A stretch of DNA of 64,000 nt. Origin: Octopus vulgaris. Lineage: Eukaryota. This document shows, in pieces, positions 25,449 through 36,570 of the stretch. The DNA lies in the NCBI GenBank assembly GCA_951406725.2, contig OX597826.1, positions 50,344,001 to 50,408,000 on the forward strand, in the 5' to 3' direction. A program made the translations under genes and the position numbers. Positions within the stretch are counted from its first letter, which is position 1. Each line of letters begins with the position of its first letter. Below the pieces are notes generated by a model, which was not told the DNA's origin, made no database searches, and saw only the letters and a list, made by a program, of their open reading frames with translations.

Positions 25449-28400
25449 GTTAGTATGGATGTCTCAGCTTGAGTCAACTTCAGACAAACTAGGGTTGTAG
25501 GTGATTCTACCAAAGGAAGCAGCACTACTTGCTGCACGCTCACCTGTCTCACATCCAAATCAGTTGAGCAACCGACCTGTGTTACCTGACCAGCCTCTGG
25601 GGACAGAGGCAGTGTATGGCCCAAGACACAGAAGCAGACCAAGGAGTGATTGATTACCTTTCAGCTGTTGCAGTCGTGTGATTTTGAGATCGACAGGTGT
25701 CCAGAAATATTATCACGCCTAATTCATGCGTGGTTCAAATTTTCACTTGTACCCTTAATGGTGAAAATGTTTAAAAAGGCAAAAAAAAAAAATAAAAATG
25801 CTTTTTAATATTTATAACGAGCAGTTGCTGGGTATGTGTAGCTACTCCTACTACTACTATTGTTATTACTACTACTAATAGGGAATGTTCATTTTTGTCT
25901 CGATAACAGCGTGTGGAAGAAACCACTGAAGCATGTCCGCTACTGAAAAGTGTGTGCGCGCTTTAGATGAGACTCCATGATGCTTGCTGTTTCATTGCAG
26001 TCTCCAGATTTTCTTGGTCTACATCAAGAGGATCTATATATTGGTGTTTATGAAAGAATATATATCACATAGCTAGAATTTACACAATGAATTCAGTGCC
26101 AACCGACATCATTGGTGTGAAGTCTTGGAAGTTTTATTAAAAATCCATATGCCTCCTACGATCATCTTGGTGGGCTGCAGTTTGATTCCACACCATTAAA
26201 TTATTTTGGAGTACTTAACTAATAAAACCCCACCAAACAAAATTTTCTCTCTAGAAATATTATTGAAATATTTTGAGGTTATTTATCAAGAAATGTTAAT
26301 GTTGAAATAGTCGTCAGTGTGAAGCAGGAATTTCCGACTTTCTTGAAGATGATGGAAAGTATTATTTTGGCAAGAGCTTAGAAGTTTCATTTACCTGTCC
26401 ATTTGAAGAATTGTTCTCCACATCTACACCGAAATCTCAATGATGAAGAGGAATTCTAAATCTGTGACAGATCAGATCGCCATGTAATCAACAGGAAGTA
26501 TTTGAGAACAGCAGTGATGCTTGTATTTGCCTGTGGAATTGTGGATGAACCGACACAGATAAGGATGAAATCATTGATCTAAAAATTGAAGTGGAAATGT
26601 ATATATGTATGTGTGTATATATGTATATATATATATATATTATATATATATTTGCGTATATATATATACACACACACGCATTTATATATAGATATTTGAA
26701 GAAAGAATGAAGAAAATAAATGGCTGGGCAAACAAGAATTTAGTTTATTAAAGTTTGATGTCAATCTTTTTTTTTTCCCTCATTTTTTTTTCCACATTAA
26801 ATTTAGTGGGGAAAGTCTCAGGCCAGTTTAACAACAGGAAGCAAGTCAAAAGAAAGATACATCATTAAAATAAAGTAATATCAATCTCGTTAATGTATTG
26901 TATTTGATACATCGCTGCTTATTTTTCTCCCTGTTGTTCTCCCTCTCTCACCGATGATCTCATTAACATCGAGGGTTTCCGAAATTCATGGCTGTTCTCC
27001 TATTTGGCATTTACAGCAAATAAATACATCACAAATACGAAGAATTTACTGATGAGAAGTTGCAACAGCTCGCAATGAATTTATTTGAAATTAGGGAAAT
27101 GTATCTAGAAGTGTACGAGATGTAACTGGAGGAAATAAGATAAGCAGGTGAATGGAATGAGCTTAATATCAAAACCTATTTACAGCAATCCGTTAACAAC
27201 ATACAGAGCAGAGATAGCATGCTGTTACAGTGGAGATGAAAGGAAAGTCTATGTTGATAGAGAAATTAGAGCTCTCCGCATACATCATTCAGAAATATCT
27301 TGATAAAGAAGGAAGAGATTTCTAAAAAGGGAAGAAAAAAATCCAGCGTGGTTCACAAAAAGGCCGTTTTAAGTAAATAAAAATCTTTATCTCTGGAAAA
27401 TAACGGGGTATGAAAACCACCACATATGCCATAGGGCCATTTTCTTTTACCATTTTTTTAATATATATATATATATATATATAAATATATCGCTATAAGT
27501 TTTATTTCTAAGTTTTATTTAAAATTCCCCTGAAAAATGCCATTTGGCTATCGGCAGTCTAGTCAAGTGAACTTTCCGATTATGTGGCTCATCTTCATCT
27601 GCCAGTGGAAGATTTCATTACTAATCAGCTCTTGGATTATTCACATCTAAGTTTCTTTCCACACTGGATTACTATTGCGAAAAAGGATCATGTGAGCCAG
27701 GGATATAATATAACCATCACAGACTGATAACTAGTTGCAAAAGCTAGTTTTAAAGCAGAGCTTATTGAGCTTATTGACATTTCCCCATTTAAAAATTAGT
27801 CATATTTTAAAAAGTAATGGCAAGCAAGGTTATATGAAGTGGTACCAAGGATTTACCATTTTCACATCAACATTAAACACCCCAAGTTCTGGTTGCTGAA
27901 TGTGTTTGGGTGATGAAGGTCGTGGACTAAAATGTTTTCTAAAAGGTAGGTGTCTATATTGGTTTATAACGTCTTTCCATCTGTTTCCATGATTAGTGTC
28001 TGCCAACCTGATGTTTCATCATTTAAAAATTTTTTTTTCACTTCCCCCCAACAGTTTCATCCCTCTTTCATTAGAGGAGGGGCTGTTTGTTTATTTGTTG
28101 ACACAAAACAAAGCAACTAATCATCTTGAAAATCAACAACTATGTTTCTATGTTTTACTTTTGACGATGCATGAAAATTCGATTCCATTTCATGAAAACA
28201 CGGCTTTTCTTGATTGATTTTAAACTATTCTTTATTCTTGCAACATTTCTGTTTGTTTCAACTAATTCTTATATTATATATCTTTTGTATCTTGTTTTTG
28301 TGATTTTTTTTTTAATGTTTTAATCTTCATTTCTATAATTTTGCTATTTTGAACACTGAGCAGGTTAATCTGCATTTTTTTGTCTTTTTTTTCCCCTTCT

Positions 28401-29115
28401 AACATTGTTCTCATCATGAGGAATTACCTGATAAATGCAAGTTTATCATTTGTTCCATATGTACATTTAACTATTGTGGTTACTTGCAACTTTTGCATTA
28501 TCTTGCATAGCTTAAATGCTTCACATGGAGCTCTAAACTCACTGGTAGCAATCCTTCATCCAACTGTACACTCAGTTAATACATATATATACGATTTTTT
28601 ACATAGCTGTAAAATATTGCTGTTTTTTTTTTTTCATTAAGCATTTCCAGCTTCATGTTGTAACCTTAATTATTTCACTGAAATAGAAGTGTGTATATCA
28701 TTGATTGAGCTAACTTATTAATGATTGCCCCTTCTCTATGTGCTTTTAAAGGGATGGAAATGTTGTTTGTTATTTGGTCCTTACTTAATGAGTGCATGGT
28801 TAACTGAGTCAACAAACGTATTGGACACGGAGCGATCATTCAGGTCAGGCAGCTTGCTTGAACCAATGTAACCCCTCCGTAATAAATGTCCCGGTTGAGC
28901 AATGAGGCATGAATGACCAGTCAGGGTTTTAGTCACATTCGTTTTTTGCTGGCGGAAATGTTTCATCAGTGCACACAATAACTACAGATGATAGCAGCTG
29001 TTTGCCAACTAAACTGGTTGATCTTGGCCATTGACAGTTTGCTGTCTGTTCATCTGTTCAGCATTTAGTGACAGTCATCATTGGCTCAATAAGTCCATCT
29101 GTCAAAATAGGTCAC
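25449..29115 (+). other. Block free of recognisable transposons: long 3' UTR or retained-intron segment of THOC2
   Basis: About 3.6 kb with none of the SINE/MITE families that occur every few hundred bp elsewhere. AATAAA at 25791, 26221 and 28881 among others, and U-rich tracts. Confidence 0.6.
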
Positions 29116-29629
29116 ATCTACCATGTTGCTACCTATGATTTCAATGTACCCTGACTTGGGTGGTTACATGCTATTTAACTACAGCTGGGACCCTAACAGG
29201 TGCTACCACTCCGAGTCAGGTAGTTCCACGCTCTTCAAAAACCATGGAACTCTCAAACCAGAGTTCCACAACCAGATGCTGTTTAAAGTCATATTTAGAA
29301 TGTCAGCTAAAACATATCTTAAATTACTTAATATACATTATTGACATCATCATCAGCAACTTTTGCATCTTTTTTTCCATGCTGGCATGGGTTAGACAGG
29401 TCATTATGGCCCTGCTCTTAATTGGAATAATTGCCTTAGATCGGTCAAGGACCACATCTAACTCATGCATTTCATTTGTGGCATGGATTCCATGTCTAGA
29501 TACCCTTTTGCATCACCAGCCACTTTGTAGAGTGTATCGGGTAACATTTTATTGTGGCACTGGCACCAGAGGGGTGTCTTGTCCCTGGCAAGACCCAAGA
29601 GTTTTCTCTGGCTTATGTTGTCCCTTGCA

Positions 29630-30060
29630 GATAGAGTGAGTGATGAAAGAGAGCCAAAGCAAGATAGGAGAAATAGTGGAAAAGAATCAGAATTATTGGA
29701 ATGAGAGAAAGGAGAGCGAGGGGAGAGATAGAAAGCTACATGATAGCTGTCAGCATCTGTGGTGTAGTGAAGGAAGAGAGTGATATGGGGAGGGGGGCAG
29801 AATGATAGAAGGTAGAAAAGAGAATGAGAGGAGAAGAGAGAGTGATGAGAGGGTGATAGAAGAGAGAATGAGGGATGAGAGATAGGTGGGAAGGAGAATG
29901 GATGATAGAAAAGAGGAAAGTGCAAATAAGAGAGAGTGGGTGACAGATGTCAAAAATGAGTGCTAGAGGAGGGAGTAATGCGCAAGAAGATGATGGGTAG
30001 TGGTGAGAGAATGGGTGTAATAGATGTCAGTAATGAAAGATTGGGGTGAGGGTAAAGGGT
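29630..30060. repeat. Purine-rich (GA) low-complexity tract
   Basis: Degenerate (GA)n. Source of spurious S/L/F-rich minus-strand ORFs. Confidence 0.8.
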
Positions 30061-32499
30061 GGAATTGAATATGGACATGGATTATGAAACACTATCTGTT
30101 TTTTATTTAATTTTTACACAAGTGAGTGAGAGGTAGGAAAGAATAGCATTAGAGAGGCACATAGAAAAAAGATGTAGTGAACGATGGATGAGGAGGAGGA
30201 GGAGGTAGAGAGAGAGAGCAGTATATGGAGACTTAATGTGATGGTACTGATTGGAAGAGATCCAAAAGTTGATCTTATTTATGTTTGGATCTCTCTCTTA
30301 CTAATATGTTTATACTTGCTTGGCCGTAAAATAGGTACCACAACTACATTGTTACAAAGAGAAATAGTACTTAATAATTAGCAAATGGTTCATTAGCGTG
30401 TGTTGTCCAATCCCCACTAGTTTCTTCATCTCAAAGTTATTAAAGTCTACTGCCAAGTGATGGATATTTTTGATTACAAATAATGGAGCAATTCACTCAG
30501 TTGTTTGACAGTGACCTGATTAACCAAAGATTTAATCAAGCACAAGCAACCTTTTTTTGCGAAGTGGGCTGCTTGGGGCATGGCTCATCAGGCGGGTCAC
30601 ACTATTAAAAACATTAAAGGTAATTTTTCAAGTGTTCTATTGAGAAAGCCATGCAGACTGCAGGTTTCACATGACTGATTTAAAACCCTGTAGCAGTCAG
30701 ATCACTCTGTCAAATGTAATGCTTATTTATTCGCATTGTTTTGAATTAATCATGCATTAATCTTGTAGCCTTGAGATTTCAATGATGTGATTGCTTATTT
30801 TTACATTGACATAGTTAGTTAGGTAGGTGGGAGAGGTCTGATCTGACCAGCTTGAACATAAAACAGGTAGAATATATTGGTCCAGATATGACCAGTTTAA
30901 ATGCCAAAGGGTTAAATCATTAGTCCTAGCTGGTTGGATTAATTGGATGTCAACTTATTGCTTGCGTTGGTGGCTTGGATTTTCTTACAGATACTTCTTA
31001 AGATTTATAAACTTAAAATGGCTTCAGTTTTCAAATAAGTACATTTTCAAGGTAACTAGTTATATTTATGTTGCTATACAGACATTACATAGCTTACAGT
31101 CCCTTCAGATTTATTAATCACTGTCATTGTCATACAGCATACATCCATTTTTATGTTTGCATAAATTGGGCAAGTCTTCTCCAACATGTTCTTTTTTTTT
31201 TTATCTTCTTTCACTTGTTTCAGTCATAGAACTGTGGCCTTGCTGGGGCTCCACTATGAGGTGTTTAGTTGAACAAATCACTCTTTCCACAACTAATGCC
31301 TTGGTTCACACTGGATCATTACTTTGCAATATGGAACATCCCATGCCTCTGACCCTCTTCCCCTAAAACATTGGCAAGCCTCTTGCTTTTGTTTTTCCTC
31401 CATGTTACATACCCCTGACATCTATCACTTCTTCTAGTAAGCTCATACTTTACCTTACTCCTCTCTTTTCCTCAGTCTTACCAAACCTGTTTCTTAGATT
31501 TTTATGCTCCTTTCTATTGTACTATTTTCACACTGTGTCACTGATAAAACCATATGGTCTTCTAATTTCATATCAGTATTATTGATACTCCTATCCAGTC
31601 AGTTCTTGTGAATCATTACAACTTGGAACTATCAAAATCTATTAACCATATTAGCAACCTGAGTAAAGACAGCATTGCTTTTACTTGCTCTTGATGTGTT
31701 TGCTTGACTGCTTTTGTTATCCTTTTAACTTCACTTCTACATGAAACCAATTTAATTATTTCCACCTCTACTAGAACTACCATCTTAGTTATTTATGTAA
31801 AAAAAGAACTAGGAATCTGTTTAGATACCACTCATATCTTACAATTAAGACATTGGTCAGCTAACTACACAAGCAAACCCTGGCAAGAGTTAGTTTGTGT
31901 ACCATTACTAGCTCTACTTATCTGCTGAAATAGAACAGGTACCATCATAAGATGTAGAAATAAGACTCAATTTAGGAAAACAAAAGTTCTCCCAAACTCT
32001 TTGATCTTTTATATTTCTCAGCTTCCAAAGTGCATCAGTTCTGATGATTCATAAACTTATGACTCAGTTTTATTAAATATATTGACTAATTCACAATATT
32101 AATACAAGAGAAGTAGTATTTTGGACAGCCAAATGCCTGGCTGTTGTTTACTATTTCTAAAGAATTAAGTTATTTTGGAGTGTGTTGATGAGATGCCAGG
32201 TGTTCACTTGTTTCAAAACAGACCTTTTATTTGTTGAGAAATTGGTGCATGAAGAATTTTGGATTACATCCACCTCTCAGATCACTTCTAGAAGATAAGA
32301 GCTGTTGATTACTTCAAAGCAGAAACATGATCTAGCTTTTAATGTTGTTGTTGTTATACATTGTAGACTATAGTCTTTGACAATCATTAGGTACAGCTTG
32401 GATGTATAGGCACAAAGAAATAACAGAATGACAACTAAATATGCTTGTTGAGCTTTTTATTTGAACCAAGTTGTAAAATAATAATGAACTTGGAGGGCA

Positions 32500-32863
32500 C
32501 CCAACTACATGGTTCTGAGTTCAGTCCCACTGCGTGGCACCTTGGGCAGATGTCTTCTACCCTAGCTTTGGGCTGACTAAAGCCTTGCGGGTGGATTTGG
32601 TAGATGGAAACTGAAAGAAGACCATCATATATATAACTGTGTGTGTGTCTTTGGTTCTGTTTGTCCCCTCCACTGCTTCACAACTGATGTTGATGTGTTC
32701 ACATTCCTGAAACTTAGCAGATTGGCAAAAGAGACTGATAGAATAAGTACTAGGCTTAAAAAGAAAGTAAGTATTGGGTTCAATTCATTCAACTAAAAGT
32801 TCTACAAGATGGTGCCCCAGGAAGGCCTCAGTCTAATGACTGAAACAAATAAAAGATAAAAGA
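32500..32863 (+). mobile_element. SINE family 1
   Basis: gttcagtcccactgcgtggcaccttgggc...gagactgatagaataagtactaggctt...gactgaaacaaataaaagataaaaga. Confidence 0.85.
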
Positions 32864-33233
32864 TTTGTTCCTTTTTTTTTTTTTTGTCTGTTTTCTTTTT
32901 GATTTCCGGTTACTAGCTGTCCATCCATCTATCCATTTTGCAAATGGACTAAAAGTTTTCTGTATCTTGTATCAGTTTTTATTTTCTGAGTTACTGCTCT
33001 CTTAGATGGGTTGTCTTCTTTGTGACTTGCAAAGATTAAAGCTCTTATATTCTCTGCCTTTTTTAAAAAATTTTTTCATTTATTATATGCTATTTTTTAC
33101 TGTTGGATGCTCTTCCCTCACCAACCACTTTACGAGTGAGGACTGCTGGGTAGATTTTATCACACCTCCAACTGTAGAGAGATTGCCTGCAACATGACTA
33201 AAGTCCTTTCTACCCTATCCCAGTTTTTAATCA

Positions 33234-33926
33234 CTAGCTGAGGTACCCGGTAAAAAATTACCATTAATAAGATGTCTGTTTACAGCCATGAAACATTTTA
33301 CATTAAATTATGACATTTTTCAGAAAATTAAAATCTATATTAATGGGTAGGACCAATTTGACGAAAAAATGAGCTGAGTCTGGTAGTGAACCCATGTCGT
33401 TTTCATTTTTGTGGATGTGCGTAAAATGGCAGAATTTTACGCTTTGGGGCAGATTTTGTCAAATTGATGTCATGATGGCTAGTGTGCAAAATGCCTAAAT
33501 TTTGCTTGAGAAATAAAATGGTCTTACCTAATCAAAACTTGAAACGCTGTGGAATTAAAACAATGAATTGAAATAATAAGTTTTAGCAAATCAAAACAAT
33601 TCGCACTGAAATGCAGAATTAGCGAAAGCTAAATAGATTACTGTTAATAAGATGTCTGTTGATAGCCATGGAACATTATTCGTCAAATTTTGATATTTTT
33701 CATCAAATTGATGTCATGATGGCTAGTGCGAAAATGCTGAAATTTTAAGGTTTTTGAAAAATCAGTGCTGATTAAAAATCAATTTTTTAAAAAAACTCCA
33801 AGTGCATAAGTGACCACATAGGCATAAGCCCCCACACGTCAAGTTTCATCAAGGTCTGTTGGATAGTCTCGGAGGAGTAAAAGTAACAAATTCACAAACA
33901 CATAAACTTTCCATTAGATTGATAGA
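33234..33926 (-). mobile_element. Non-autonomous Helitron-like element with internal direct repeats
   Basis: Minus strand begins TC(tatcaatct) and ends ccgggtacctcagCTAG|T. Internal duplicated blocks (taataagatgtctgtt...agccatg and tcaaattgatgtcatgatggctagtg). Confidence 0.65.
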
Positions 33927-35488
33927 GTTTTATTGGGTGTGAAACCAATATATTGTAGGTTAGAGGAACAGTCAATTTCACCGCTATTTATTCTCTCATT
34001 GGGCATAAAGTCTATATATTCTAGGGTAGATGAACACTTAATTCAATCAGCTTCACTATTTTACTGCTATTTATTCTGTCAATCCTAAGTTTAAATTAGA
34101 TATATTTACATAATTTTACATAAATGCCTGCCTTACCTTTTTGTAGAATATTTTCTACTAACCTGATGAATGCAGTGGTTCCTATAAAATGTTCTCCCAG
34201 TTATGTCTACAGGTAGAATGTTATTTGGAAAGACTGGTTTTGTTCATCCTTTGACTTTTGCTGCTAACTAGTACCACACTGTAATGACCTGAACAAAGTA
34301 TTTCAGTTAATAGCAGAAGTTTTTTAGAAAAAAGAAGAAAAAATCAATTGAAGGAATTTATGAAAAATAACCTTATTGTAAATTTAACTTTGTTTTCTTA
34401 ATAATCTAACATGTCTCCCATTAGTATTTTTTCATTGCTATATTTTTGTTTTCTGTTTTTAGAAATGAACTTTTAATTAATTTGGTTTTTAGTTGAAAGA
34501 AGTACCAGTCATGTATTGGAATCAGTCTTCAATCACTATACCATCCTCTTAAAATTTGTGCCTTTGTGCTTGTTTTTAGAATTTGTTGTTGGCAAATTGG
34601 CAGAATGGCTAATGCATTGGGAAACATGCTTAGGAGCTTTCCTGGTTTTAAAATCTGAGTTCAAATTCTACTAAGATTGATTTTGCTGTCATCTTTTGGG
34701 GTCAATAAAATAAGTACTAGTTAAGCAATGGGATTGGTGTAATTGACCCCCCCCTCCCCAAATTGTGCCTGTAATAGAAAACATTATTTAGTATGTATCT
34801 AAAAAAAATTATATAAAGTACACACCCATGCATGCCTGCATACAGTAAAAATCACTATGATTACTTTGGGACAAAGCCGTTTCAGTAATAACAACTGGCT
34901 GATAACATTAAGTGAAGAAAGGATTTGGAAATCCCCAGTTTTTATAACATTATCTGTGATTGTAAGTAGCAGCTTCCATTGCGTGTGTGTGAATTGAAGT
35001 CAATACATCAGACACAATAGGAAGAGAGATGTTAGACATTTGTCATTTTAAATACACCCAAGCATAAGTGCACTTATACACTCATGCACACACTTGTATA
35101 AAGAGTCACATATAGTTTATAGAGATGAGTAAGTCAAAGTGACATATAATGAAACAAAAAAGAAAAAGGACCTGATTTATTTCTGGACAGCTGTATGTCT
35201 TTGTGTGCATACATATGTGAGGGTGTATGTATGTGTATTAGTGTCTGAACCTGTGTTTTATAACCTATTTTCCTTTGGGCCCCACTATAACTTTCTAGAA
35301 AAATGTGTGCTCTACTAGTGGCATATATAAAAGGATAAATAATTTATCGACTTCTTGTAATTATGTACTTTCCTTAAAGAAATATCCACACTAGGCTATA
35401 CCATAACAAACAGTCTTCACATAGTATGCTTCCCTGGAGGGATTGGTTTGGCTAGGCTACGTATAGGTGTAGTATGTTTGCTGTGAAA

Positions 35489-35905
35489 GACAGCGAGCTA
35501 GCAGAAGCGTTAGCACACCGGGCGAAATGCTTAGCAATATTTCGTCTGCCACTATGTTCTGAGTTCAAACTCTGCCGAGGTCGACTTTGCCTTTCATTCA
35601 TTCAGATAAGTACCAGTTATGCACTGGGGTTGATGTAATCGACTTAATCTCTTTGTCTGTCCTGTTTGTCCCCTCTGTGTGTAGCCCCCTGTGAGCAGTA
35701 AAGAAATAAGAAATATTAGCACATCAGGCGAAATGCTCAGAGGTATTTTGTCTGTCTTTACATTCTGAGTTCAAATTCCACCAAGGTCAACTTTACCTTT
35801 GATCCTTTCAGGGTCAATAAATTAAGTACCAGTTGCATACTGGGGTCGATCTAATCGACTGGCTCCTCTCCAAAAATTTCGGGCCTTGTACCTAGAGTAG
35901 AAAAG
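35489..35905 (+). mobile_element. Dimeric SINE family 2 with 18-bp TSD
   Basis: Two tandem monomers, each with ttctgagttcaaa. TSD agtatgtttgctgtgaaa at 35471-35488 and 35906-35923. Confidence 0.9.
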
Positions 35906-36144
35906 AGTATGTTTGCTGTGAAAAAAAAAATACAAAAACCTTTCAAAAACTTTCCATGTCCCTCAACAAAAAACAGAAAAGTATTTGGGATCCTACACTT
36001 CACTACAATTTTCCCGGGCCCCACATTTGGAATTTGTCTACATGTATGTCTGAGTGTACACAGTCATGTGCATTCATTGTCAGTAATACATTCCAAAACC
36101 ATCTTTCTAATCATGTTGTGTGTGTGTGTATATATATATATATC

Positions 36145-36500
36145 ATAGTTGTGGGCAATACTGGTGCCATGTAACAGGCACCTGTACCAATGACATGTAA
36201 AAAGCACCTTTCACATGTTGGGCCTCATGGAGGTGATAAGAGACTGAGACCTTTGGGGATATACTGTGCTTGAGAAAACTTGTCAAGCCTAGTGAAATCA
36301 TAGTTGTGGCTAACGCTGGTGCCATGTAACTGGCACATAAAAAGCACCCATTACACTCTTGGAGTGATTAACGTTAGGAAGGGCATCCGGCCATAGAAAC
36401 CATGCTAAATTAGATTGGAACCTGGTGCCACTTTCCAGCGTACCAGTTTCAGTAAAACTGTTTAACCCATGCCAGCATGGACAACAGACACTACATGATG

Positions 36501-36502
<2 letters not shown>
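36145..36502 (+). mobile_element. Retroposon family 3
   Basis: aaaaagcacccattacactcttggagtg...ttaggaagggcatcc...atgatgat, followed by (TA)n. Confidence 0.8.
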
Positions 36503-36548
<46 letters not shown>

Positions 36549-36570
36549 TATACACACACACATATATATA
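36503..36570. repeat. (TA)n(CA)n microsatellite
   Basis: Direct observation. Similar tracts at ~26600-26690, 39363-39398, 49545-49575 and 63474-63510. Confidence 0.9.

Noticed and set aside
27049-27076. CTGATGAG...CTCGCAA hammerhead-like motif
   Set aside because: The GAAA core is GCAA and there are no convincing stems I and III.
27033-27125. Protein-looking stretch KYEEFTDEKLQQLAMNLFEIREMYLEVYEM*
   Set aside because: Preceded by an in-frame stop, with no start codon or in-frame acceptor before it.
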